A stretch of 64,000 nt of DNA from a virus, in the IMG/VR virus record IMGVR_UViG_3300027608_000016, positions 63,874 to 127,873 of that record, one strand, 5' to 3'. Shown here piece by piece: positions 30,894-41,500 of the stretch. Positions within the stretch are counted from its first letter, which is position 1, and every line of letters starts with the position of its first letter. Both the position numbers and the translations under genes were made by a program. The notes under the pieces are model-generated. The model searched no databases, had not been told where the DNA came from, and saw only the letters and a program-made list of their open reading frames with translations.

Positions 30894-31178
30894 TCAAACA
30901 TCCCATCCTCCTAACTCTAACGCTTGAGGATCACCAAAGACTGCAATGGTTTGATATACACTTGGGGTTTTGTGGAGGAAGGATGGATATCTACGAGTAT
31001 GCTTCTCTACCACCGCTGCAACTTCCTCCCCATGCTCAACCATACGTTTAGCGCACATAATAGCCTCTTCTCGCGCTTCAAAATGAAAAACCTCACTGGC
31101 ATCCCCAAACTCATCAATAGAGCGGGTTTCATACTCTACGACCTTTATACTGACATTATCCTTTGATACTGTTTCCAT
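30894..31178 (-). CDS. Hypothetical protein
   Basis: ORF with TTGACA promoter upstream. Confidence 0.6.
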   Translation of the reverse strand: METVSKDNVSIKVVEYETRSIDEFGDASEVFHFEAREEAIMCAKRMVEHGEEVAAVVEKHTRRYPSFLHKTPSVYQTIAVFGDPQALELGGWDV

Positions 31179-31406
31179 GTGACTATTAAAGCAGATATAA
31201 ATGAACTGTCAAGAAATACTTAACAGTTCAATTCTACTCTGACTGCTGTTGGATACATTAAGTTCCTAACATGATCTAATAGTTCTATCAGTGAAATTAA
31301 CACTCCACCAATCCTCACTTTGATGTTCATGTCCACTTTGATTGGCTATATGCAGGTAATCTCCCTCAAACCTAGTATTATAATTTCTCCTTCTATGGTA
31401 GTAACT

Positions 31407-31928
31407 TTAACCATAATAATCATTAGGAGATATGTTATTCTCTTGTAGTAATGTCAACAAATGGTTATACATCTTCAAAACCTTAGCATGTGCAGAAAGT
31501 TCAGCTTTTTTATTCTCCTCTGTATTTTTCTTGGGTAGTCTGCATATCGAATAATCAATCAATGCGTTTTCAAAGTTTATTAATGTTGTGGCATAAGGGA
31601 AAGACTTCTCGAAATCATTAAAGAAAAAGGATTCTGGTAGGTCTTCAACTTTTAATTGTGGTGAAATGCCTTCAAGTTTAAAGTGGTGATCATTCGCATC
31701 ATTCGCATCATCAACCCATTGCGCCCATACATGTCTCCAATCAGAATCATATGCAGCTTGTATTTCATGTCGAACACTCCACAAGAAACACGCTTTACAA
31801 ACTTTCTGTATTGGAGTATGATGTTTTTGGCACTTCACTATTTTTTCTGGTGAAGGGAGGTCAGGCGTAAATCCCCAACTTTCATGTATCTTCTCAACTT
31901 TACGTTTAATATAATGACAAGTTTCCAT
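31407..31928 (-). CDS. Hypothetical protein
   Basis: ORF. Confidence 0.6.
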   Translation of the reverse strand: METCHYIKRKVEKIHESWGFTPDLPSPEKIVKCQKHHTPIQKVCKACFLWSVRHEIQAAYDSDWRHVWAQWVDDANDANDHHFKLEGISPQLKVEDLPESFFFNDFEKSFPYATTLINFENALIDYSICRLPKKNTEENKKAELSAHAKVLKMYNHLLTLLQENNISPNDYYG

Positions 31929-32482
31929 ATTGCTTATATTATCTGGAAAGTTTTGCCGTCGATTGATTGCTTTAACTTACCAGCCAGTTCTCTACACTTG
32001 GCAATAAGGAACTCTGTCTCTTTACGGTGATGATCTTCTAACTCTTGAAATGTAGCATTATCTGGAAGTCTTTTTACTTTAATCCAAGAGTAGTTATCCT
32101 CTTCTATAATCGCATCTAATTCGTCCAGCATATTAAAATGCTTTTCTACCGCTTTCAATTGTGTTTCGTTTAATCCCATTTACACATATTACCATAAACC
32201 TTATAGATGTCAACAAATCTCTATACAAGTAGGAGGAGCAGAGGTATCCTCCACAAACATTTGTCCGTCTTTTTTCCAAGGATATACAGGCCCAACACCA
32301 CCTATATCATAATGCCCCCCTTCAGTTTTATCGAATATACAAACTTCAATGTCCTCTCCATGTGCTGCTTCCATTATATCCAATTGCTTTTTCAACTCTT
32401 TTAATTTCATTTGGATATATTACTACAATCCTTTCAAATGTCAACAGAAAGATATTTTATTGAATTAAGGATAAATAAATAT

Positions 32483-32650
32483 ATGAAGTTTAATGATCTT
32501 ATCAATTCAATATTAAAAGAATCTACTGAGAAAAGAGATAGATGCTTAAAAAAGGCAGATGAAGTATATGGTAAAAAAACTAGTGCTTATAAAAGTGGAG
32601 CAGTAGTTAGATGCCGTCAAGGTAAAATTTGGAAAAAACGTAAATCATGA
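32483..32650 (+). CDS. Small basic Cys-containing protein with MKFNDL leader
   Basis: MKFNDLINSILKE..DRCLKKA...SAYKSGAVVRCR; TAAATA upstream. Confidence 0.7.
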   Translation: MKFNDLINSILKESTEKRDRCLKKADEVYGKKTSAYKSGAVVRCRQGKIWKKRKS

Positions 32651-32931
32651 ACAATTTTTATAAATTAGTTAATTCGATATTAGAATCTATAAATATATCT
32701 GAAAGTTTTGAAAAAGAAAAGAAAGAGGGATTACATGGATGGTTTTCAAGAAATAAAGGAAAAGGATGGATAGATTGCAAAACTGGAAAACCTTGTGGCA
32801 GAGAAAAAGGGGAAAAAAGAAAAGGTTATCCAGCTTGTAGACCTACTAAGAGTATGTGTAATAGTAGGAAACAACATAAAAAAAGTTCTAAAAGAATTTC
32901 TTGGAAAAAGGGTGATCCAGTGAAATCTTAG
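32647..32931 (+). CDS. Small basic Cys-rich protein with leader
   Basis: MNNFYKLVNSILE...GLHGWF...WIDCKTGKPCGR...YPACRP. Confidence 0.75.
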   Translation: MNNFYKLVNSILESINISESFEKEKKEGLHGWFSRNKGKGWIDCKTGKPCGREKGEKRKGYPACRPTKSMCNSRKQHKKSSKRISWKKGDPVKS

Positions 32932-33509
32932 AGTTCTGACCTTAAATCAAATTCATTTCTATGGTATTTTGGTGGAGAATTTATATTATAAGGAGTAACA
33001 AAATTTGCATTATGCCACCTTAAAAAGTTATTAGGAGATAAACAGTAATTTCCATTATCTAATTTAATACAATGATGTGCTTTACTATCTGCATCATTAC
33101 TGGTTGCGTATCCTATTCCATTAATGCTTAGGTCGTCTAAAGTGAATAGATATTTTCCTCTTCTCCATTTCTTATCCCTACTACAGAAATCAACATAGTA
33201 ACCTTCTAAATAAGTGAATACGTTAGAAAATATAAATTCCCCTTGTGTATCCCACCAAGATAAAAGAGAAAGTCTTTCATTTTCATCATCTGACATTATT
33301 TCAAAATCTTTTTTATGGATAAAAGCTGAAATAGGCAATGAAAAAAATATAGCACCATTTATTAATTGACAATGAAATCCTATTGGTCTATTCATTATCG
33401 CTTTCGCCCCAAACATATAACATTCAGTAATATCTTTATTAGATGAATCGTTATATAAAAAGCTATTTCTCACGTAACAATTTTGGTATGGTATATTTGT
33501 GTTTATCAT
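32928..33509 (-). CDS. Conserved hypothetical phage protein
   Basis: LPISAF...GKYLFTLD...HCIKLDNGNYCLSPNN pattern. Confidence 0.7.
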   Translation of the reverse strand: MINTNIPYQNCYVRNSFLYNDSSNKDITECYMFGAKAIMNRPIGFHCQLINGAIFFSLPISAFIHKKDFEIMSDDENERLSLLSWWDTQGEFIFSNVFTYLEGYYVDFCSRDKKWRRGKYLFTLDDLSINGIGYATSNDADSKAHHCIKLDNGNYCLSPNNFLRWHNANFVTPYNINSPPKYHRNEFDLRSEL

Positions 33510-33566
33510 TTCTATTGTATTTTGGTGGAGAATTTAAAATATAAGGAGTAACAAAACTTTCAAATG

Positions 33567-33941
33567 TCAACAGAAAGATATTTTAGGGAAGGGAGCACTT
33601 TCAATCACCAAGCTTCCAATCAACATCAGATTATTCATAGTGGCAATCAAATGAACTGCTCCAATAATATAACAGGGCAATGTTGCTATAAGTGATTGAA
33701 TATGTTTAGGTTGCTCCAATGCCATATACTTCAAAAGGTAATAAGATGCCAATACCAATGGAAGAGTTAATAGCAGTTCCCTCAAGACAATACCATTCAC
33801 TACACCAAATCGTTCCATGAAAAAGATTGCAACATTATTCCCCTCCTCCAAAGCATTCAACTTCAATCCATATATAGTAGAGATTGCATCAGTTACCGTG
33901 AAGAGGATTAAGAACAGGATAGACAGTTTAAATTTGTTCAT
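33567..33941 (-). CDS. Small membrane protein (DUF5658-like)
   Basis: DAISTIYGL...EGN motif with three hydrophobic segments. Confidence 0.6.
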   Translation of the reverse strand: MNKFKLSILFLILFTVTDAISTIYGLKLNALEEGNNVAIFFMERFGVVNGIVLRELLLTLPLVLASYYLLKYMALEQPKHIQSLIATLPCYIIGAVHLIATMNNLMLIGSLVIESAPFPKISFC

Positions 33942-35533
33942 GGCGATGATTTTAATTGAATTGCATGATTCGTCCTGTGATGTGTAATGTAAAGTTACCA
34001 TCCTCTAAGAAAACCACCACATTTGTATCAGTTTTCGCCCAAATGCCTGTAATATACTTTCTAGCAAAATTGTGGGGTTCTGGTTGTGGGTCTAGGACTT
34101 CAAGTTTATCCCCAACATTCAGCAATACAAATCGATCACCCTGAGTATCATAGTATCCTTTTTCCGTTACTGTTGCTGTTGTCATGGGGGTATTATGGCA
34201 AAAGTATATGAAAAGTCAATGTTTATTTCTCCTACGCTTCTTTTTAATTACTTGCTTTGGTTTGGAATATGGTGGTATGTTTCCAATCAGATCAACCTCT
34301 TTATATTGGTTTTTATCAGAGGGAAGTATCAGATTCTTATTTGTTTGATAGTTCAAGTATTTACATTGAAGCTTCTCTAAGAGGTTTGCATTTGCTGTGA
34401 AGGGTGTTAATGTAATCAATACTAAACACCACATTGCAAGGTTTTTACTCTTCATACGGTGTGTTATCTCGTTTGAAATCAGCTAGATATTCTTCATAGT
34501 GATATTGTTTATAGTCAGATAGGAGAGCAGCAGCATCCCCATATTCATCGTGAAAGGTTTGATACTTTTCTTCAACATCCGATTCAGAACACCATTCAAA
34601 GAAAGTAAGAGGTTGTTTCATGTTAGAAGCTTTGGTCACACGGTAGCCATCCACAGGTCGAACAAGGCTCATTGGAGGAGTAGTTGACACAATCTTAACA
34701 GTGACTAGCCTCAATAGTATCGCCATACTTGTCAACCTTACCTTCACATTCAGGGCAAATATCCTGCTTTAACTTTGTGAACTTAGAAAAGGATGGAGTT
34801 GGAGTCGAGTCAGGCATGGAAGTATTAAAGCAGGATTGTTTAAAATGTCAACATATAACTACACGACGAGGATTCTTTGGTGCTTCCTACAGCGTATTCG
34901 GCACTATTATCAAATGGTCACACTCGTAACAGGATTCCGCATTTTTCATCGGCATTTATCCATGACAACTTTTGTCAGCGTGTAATATGTTTAGAATAGA
35001 GATTTCTGTTTTAATGTCAACAAGATTCAAACTCTTTTACCACTTGACGAAACGTAATACTCTCCCCTAGTTTACGTCTAGCCACAAACGACCTAAACAT
35101 TTTGATATACTCTTCCTCTCTAGGTTGATCTGCACCACATCTGAATTGATTGACTATCTCTTGTGCATTTCTTCTGGAGCTTCTTTAAGAGCATCATATA
35201 CAACACATTGCAACTCGTAACAACCACCTTTAAGCTTCTGTTGTTCGACTATCTCTTGTGCATATTTGATGTTTTCGTTCAAAGGTCTAAGAACTATACA
35301 CAAAGAGTTTATAACATCCAGCAAAGAATGTAATCGTTCCCAACACCGAGAAAACATACAGGGAAGGTTTAAAATATGCTCCACGGTATTGATTCTCCGC
35401 TACGAAAGATACCGCTGCAATATAAGCGATAAATCTCCAAATACCATAAAGGATTCCGAGGAATGCGAGGATGTTGAAGAATGTATTTTGTGACATGGAA
35501 GAATAATATCAGAATTTAGTTGGCAGTCAATAT

Positions 35534-35899
35534 CTATTTCAAATAGTTTGGCCCATAATGATTGCACTTAGACAATCCGTTATCTGGCTCGAATATATTG
35601 CCTCTTGCATGACGAGCAGGGGTTTTCCAACTGGCAGATTTCAGAACATCCCCTCTCTTGACCTTTCCAAGTGCTTTGTTTTCAACGTCTTGTGTGGCAA
35701 TGAAGCAATAGATAGAAGCTCCCATTTCTTTACCATCGTGACCAATATCCGTTGACATGATACGAAGAAACTTGTCTCCACCATCACCAATCCTTGCACC
35801 CATATCAGCAAGGTAAGTGAATTTCATTTCTTTTCGATACTCTGAGCGTTTTTGAGCAATGGCTTTAACGAAGGATAGGAGTGCTGGTTCAGATTTCAT
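35534..35899 (-). CDS. Conserved phage early protein
   Basis: SIYCFIA...GDVLKSASWKTPARHARGNI motif. Confidence 0.7.
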   Translation of the reverse strand: MKSEPALLSFVKAIAQKRSEYRKEMKFTYLADMGARIGDGGDKFLRIMSTDIGHDGKEMGASIYCFIATQDVENKALGKVKRGDVLKSASWKTPARHARGNIFEPDNGLSKCNHYGPNYLK

Positions 35900-35946
35900 A
35901 TAAAGAATGTAATGGATTGACGGTTAAATGTCAACTATAATTCGGT

Positions 35947-36393
35947 TCAAAGTTTCAACCAACGGTAAAATGTAATTAGGCTTATATTTAAACTTTTAGC
36001 CATTGACGCTACCGATCTTGAACGATCCTTGTATAGTTCTTTAGCTTGTGCGATTTTTTCTGTGTTAATTCTATGTCTTCTGTTTTCTCTTTTAGGGGTT
36101 TTAGGGCATTTAGCATATTTATTCAATGTAGATTCACTGATTTGAAGCGTTTTACATATATCCCTTAATGTATAATCAGGATTTGAATACATTGATTTAG
36201 CTAAAGCTATTTTATCGTCGTTCATCTTTTTAGAACTGTTTTTTTTGATGTTATTAGCTTTACGATTAACCGACTCAAGATATAACAAGTATTGAAATTG
36301 TTTATACTCTTCGTAGAATTCTTTAAATTTTTCTTCGATGTTTTCTTGTAGTATGAACTCTTCCAAACTCAAAGTGGTATTGTCTAGGTTCAT
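35947..36393 (-). CDS. Tandem helix-turn-helix protein (resolvase/Hin-type HTH)
   Basis: TLRDICKTLQISESTLNKY and SVASMAKSLNISLITFYRW. Confidence 0.75.
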   Translation of the reverse strand: MNLDNTTLSLEEFILQENIEEKFKEFYEEYKQFQYLLYLESVNRKANNIKKNSSKKMNDDKIALAKSMYSNPDYTLRDICKTLQISESTLNKYAKCPKTPKRENRRHRINTEKIAQAKELYKDRSRSVASMAKSLNISLITFYRWLKL

Positions 36394-37344
36394 ATATGGT
36401 TTAGCTGAAAGTCACCCACTTAGAATCTACTGGAATGATACCTTTTGCTGTAAGTATTTTCATTTCTCTTGTGGGTTGTTTTTCATATAACTCATCCTCT
36501 GCAAACTCGATATACATTTCACCCACAGTCAAATCTTCTGACTCGTCCTCTTCACCCATCACGAAAACAGTGTTGAACTTTGGGTAATCTTTAGGCCAAC
36601 ATTCATCAAGAATTGCTTCGACTTCTGTTGAATCATGATCTTCGATTAGAGGGATAAGACTTTCAACGGTTTTAGAATCCAATTCCGTGAAAATTTCTGA
36701 TACTGGAATGACCCATCCTGCATTTGCGTAGTTTTGCATTGACATAGGGAAGTAATATAGCGAAAGGATAGAAAAGGTCAACAACTAAATCAAATGGTGT
36801 CTAAAAATCTAAAGTATGCTGATCTGCACCTGTTCAACTCTTCTTCTGCTTTCGATAGTTCTGCATCAGGACAATAAACTACCTTATCATAGGCATGGTT
36901 ATAAGCACTAAGAAGGTTGTCGTGGCGAATAATCCTTTCGTTCATGGAAGGATTAGACTTCTGTGTATGCAACGCTTGTTCCTGCACCATAGTTGATAAA
37001 GGCTTTCAGTTCAGCTTTGTTGTGATTTTTGGCTTTGATAGTTCCAAGTTCTTTACCATCTTTGCCGTAAACGATGTATGTTTTCATGTAAGTAATCTAC
37101 TATCTATGAAAGAGAATGTCAATATATATCCTTTGTTGCATAACGAGAATTTAAGAACAATTTAATCTGTTCGTCAAGATGTTTCGGCATACAATTATGT
37201 TCCTGCAATCGAAGAAAGAAGCATACTGCACAATTCATATCACTCCAAATCGAATCCCATTCCTTTTCTGTCAGCTTACGATTTTGTAACTTTAGCTTGG
37301 CGATGTTCAATAGAGGATCGTGAATCATTTTAGTGGCATTTATC

Positions 37345-37438
37345 GCAACTTTCGTAAAATCCGCCTATGCCTAGAATGAAGCCGAAATTATGCAACTTTC
37401 GTAAAATCCGCCTATGCCTAGAATGAAGCCGAAATTAT
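37345..37438. repeat. 47-bp perfect tandem duplication at the 3' end of a lipoprotein-like membrane gene
   Basis: GCAACTTTCGTAAAATCCGCCTATGCCTAGAATGAAGCCGAAATTAT twice; the gene carries LFAVTGC and GFWRGLWHG...WYNFGF. Confidence 0.9.
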
Positions 37439-38384
37439 ACCAGTTACCAGTGTTGAAAGAGTCATAGATTCCAATATCCATGCCGAACATGATACCGAAG
37501 AAGGAGAAAGGAGCACAGATACCATGCCACAGTCCACGCCAGAATCCAGCACCATCTTTAACGGTTCCTGCTAGTGTATTGGCATCAGCACAACCAGTAA
37601 CAGCGAACAATACGAGACAGACGAGGAAGAGTTTGAGAAAGGTGTTTGTTTTAATGGTTGGCAGTATAGATTGTTGTAGAAAAATGTCAATGCTAATCTT
37701 CCCAAATAGCTCCTTCAAGCTTTCCAAACTCTTCCTCGTATGCTTTATAGTTCTGCATAATGTCCAAGCAATCCTCTTTTGTAAGCGCATCGTCACTGAG
37801 ATCGATTACCGTTTTAACATCCCACATATTTGTAGCACCACTGAATTGAACCTTACGGTAAGCGTTGAATTTTTCCTTAGTCATGGAGATATATTATAGG
37901 ATTGTGTTTGTTATGTCAACTTTTCTTTTAGATGAATCACTTGCATTGGTGTAGTGCAAGGATGATAAGGAAGTTCCCATTTAATATCAGCCCATTCTTC
38001 ATTACCAATTAGAAAAACACGAGTCACTACCCCTTCATAATTCTCACATCCTCCGAGGTTAATCAGATACACTTCCTGATTTGTAAGTTTGTGATCGATT
38101 GTATTATCTGAAACGTGTTTGATCATGGGATATATTACACAGACAATCCTAAAGAGTCAAGAGCGTTTTTCAAAGCGAGCAATAAAGTCATTTGATTCTC
38201 TGGAGAGGGGTTTAAGGCTTGTTCTTTGTCTGCTTTTTTAACCTTGGGATTCTCATATATTGCAGTATGTTGTTTCCTGTTCACGTTAGTTCTGAACAAA
38301 GTGATTACAGTATTTCTAAGGGTTTCAGTGTCCATTTGAGGATTTTATCAGATTGAATTGGATTGTCACTAACTATTTTAAGAA

Positions 38385-38540
38385 TAAGCACGGCAGGATT
38401 TGAACCTGCAATGTATTGTATTTGTATTACGAATCCTTAGACTCGCAGCGTTTATTTCAATACTTCCAGTAGAAAGCTGGATGCGTCTGAACTTCGCGGT
38501 TAGTCCCGTATATCCTTTCGGAGTATTCTGCCACATGCTC
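38385..38540 (-). ncRNA. Oversized (156-nt) tRNA-like RNA
   Basis: Acceptor stem GAGCATG/CGTGCTT plus discriminator A; canonical T-arm GCAGG-TTCAAAT-CCTGC; TGGCAGAAT D-region start; about 80 extra nt forming hairpins. Confidence 0.6.
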
Positions 38541-41500
38541 AAATCAATATACTGTATTTCACTTAATTGTCAATCTTATATTGTGGATATTCTTTATAGA
38601 AGGCGTTTAGAATATCTTCGTGAACTAGAAAGGATTCATCGTAAGATACTGCACCAGAGTTACATAGCATCGAAATCAACTGGACTTCCTCAACAGTTCC
38701 TCCATGCTTTTTAACTCGAACGACATACTCCAAAGTGATTGAAGTGTCTGGATGGTATGCCTTGACTTCGTGTAGTTCCGTGGTGTATATCTCTGGAACT
38801 GGATCAAACTCGATAACTCCTACTTTAGATTTGTTCATGCTTCAAGTCTCCTAATATTATGTTTGAGGGAATATATGTAACAAACATCTCCTGCATAAGA
38901 TTTAGGATCAACAGAAACCTCAATACCGTTGAAGATAAATAGAATTTGTTTATTTTTTTGTTTAGCTTGTTCTATTGCTTCAATTGCAGCATTGAAAATC
39001 GAGTATCCCTTTGGTGGTTCATAAGTCATTTGAGTATTGTATATGTTTTCCGTTAAAGATCAAACCTTTTCTGTTACGGTTACAGTGAATGTTTTAACCT
39101 TTCCTCCTCGTGTAGTCATAGCACGCTCTACAAGGGTTTCGTTATGTCGTGTAGTGTTCAAATCCATTGCTTCTTCTGGTTTTGTAACTGAAGTCCAACT
39201 AGCTTGTCCTTGACTGTATTCAAACTCACGAACAAACCTTCCTCCTTCTGAATCCATTTGAATCACTCGAATCTCTTTAGTGTTTTGTGCTTCAACAATT
39301 CTTTCCAAGTCTTGAACAACTTCTTCCAATCTGTCTGCTTTGCCTTCACTTCTAATGTAATCGTCCTCTGTTTCACCATATGAATGTTCTCGCAGCATTG
39401 AAATATCAAATTTATAGTCAATGATCAAATCGGCAATTGTTTTACTCATTGGAGGATATTACTATGGATTGAAAGTATTGTCAATCGAAATATGGTTCAA
39501 CTGTATAATCTTCCCCTTCTGTTAGTCCTTCGATGCTTCCTTCTGTAACTCCATGCCAATCAGACACTTCCATAACTTCGTCTATTTCGGTTGTATATGG
39601 TTCATTAACAGGATAAACACAACAACCATCACCACACCTCCAAGCAAACACCTGAGTAACATCGACAGCCTTTAAGAATTTAACTTGCATCAGATTAGTT
39701 TTTGATAGATTGCCAATTTAACAGCAGCGATTGCAATGATAGATTGGATTAGGGAATTTCTTAGTCCATTTCATGTTTAAGAATGTATCTGGATTGATTG
39801 AAATGTCAATTCTTATCTGCTTGTTCTTGAAGTGCTTTGATGATTTCTTTAATATCTTGTGCAGGAAATTGAATGTAACACTGAGCGATATTACCCTTTG
39901 AGTTGATAGGGCAAATTTCAATTAACTCTGTGCCTCCTATTTGCATTTTAGAAACTGATAGACCAATCACTTTACCGTTTCCGTTTCGTCCAAGATAGGT
40001 TGTTCCTTTGCCTACCTTGACTTCTGTTGCGTGTGGATGTGCGTAATTTCCCATTGAGATATATTATATGGTTAGGAGTTAGAGTCAATCTTTATTTTAC
40101 TTGAACCTTCCTAAAGTCAGAGGGGTTTGTTCCTCCTTGGATAGTGGGGTTAGACCTCCAAGCACCTACGATTGTTTTATATCCAAGTCGTGTGTGCAAC
40201 CTATAAGTTTCAGCATAGGATTGCCACTCTTCAAAAGACAAATAGTTCTCTTGTAGTTTGCATTGATAACCTTCCAATCCCGATTTGAGTTTGACACGTT
40301 TCATAGTGGAAATATGTTAGAGTCTTTCATGTGGTTGTAAGGCGTTTCTCGAAGGCTTTAATACAAGGAAGCAAGTCACTCACCAAATCGGATAATTTTG
40401 ACTCTATTTCGTCTTGACCATAAGCATGACCATCTTCATAAGCCATGTATGAAAGACGAGACTTGAACTCTTCTGGAACATCCCTTAGAAGATAATCAGT
40501 CTTTTCGATTTCAGTGAAGGTTAGATCGTCAACTGTATCACATCCTATCTGATATGCAACATTCTCTTTAGATGTTCCTGTTCTAGCGATGCCCCATTCT
40601 TTGTGGTGTCCGACGAATATTTTGCTCATAGTGGAAATATGTTATAGTTATTCTTTAAGAATTGCAAGAGTTATTTTAGTTTCCTCCACACAGTTGACCT
40701 ATTTCTTCCATTGTGAGAAGTTCAGAGCATTGTGTTACACCTTTATGAATATCTTCAATGGTTAAAAGAGTTGGACATAGACCGATTGTAGTGCAATTCC
40801 AATGGTGCATCCATATTCTACATCCAATGAAAAAACCTTCTGCATATCCTACAGAAAAAATGACAGGAGATTCGGATTTCTCGATCTTCCCTTTTATTTT
40901 AAAGGTGTATAACATGAAAGGATTCAAACAGAACAGGGGAAAATGTCAATCCGAAACTTCGATGAACTTGTAATGGTAATAGGTATCTCCACCTGTTCCA
41001 CTGTCAGCATTTGCCATATAATACCTTGCTGCTTCTTCTGTCAGAAACTCTTTATCTGCATCAGGATTATACTGGAAGTCAGCATTACCCAATTTGTATT
41101 TACTCCACCTCTCCACTACATATTTACAGTTTTTAACAGGGGAAAGAAACCCTTCAAACTCTGGAGTATCCAAAATGGAATGATACTCGATATTATCATC
41201 TTTAGGAACTTCTACAGTTGGAATACCTTCATCGAGAAGGAGATATGAACCACTGTGACTAGTTTGATATTTCGATGCCATTTCATCAGCAACTTCTGTA
41301 GTAGGTGCTTCACATACAATGAAGCAAGGGACGATAAATCTTTTCTGTGTCATGGAGATATATTATATACTATGGTTTCAATGTCAAAACATTTTTCAGA
41401 TTTCATTCACTTCCATTGTTTCAAACTCAAACCCTCTGGCGTGAATAATCGGAGTGTTACTGGCATCTAACAGCGTCACGTTATCCAGATGCAAGTCTAA

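Larger units (their letters stand above)
30105..30900. repeat. 115-bp exact direct repeat (30105-30219 and 30786-30900) of late promoter plus leader-coding cassette
   Basis: Both copies carry TAAATA and the coding sequence for MKFSQLYDLIMETVQTKRSQRSEHNNDVLLP, then diverge. Confidence 0.95.
32431..33585. repeat. 29-bp direct repeat (32431-32459 and 33557-33585) flanking a three-gene block
   Basis: CTTTCAAATGTCAACAGAAAGATATTTTA twice; contains a minus-strand TTGACA box. Confidence 0.85.

Noticed and set aside
35947-36393. Resolvase/transposon
   Set aside because: Only HTH motifs are present; there is no serine-recombinase catalytic domain and no terminal inverted repeats.
38385-38540. tmRNA, or a tRNA with a group I intron
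   Set aside because: No G3:U70 pair, too short for a tag ORF with pseudoknots, and none of the P/Q/R/S core motifs seen in the 61646 intron.
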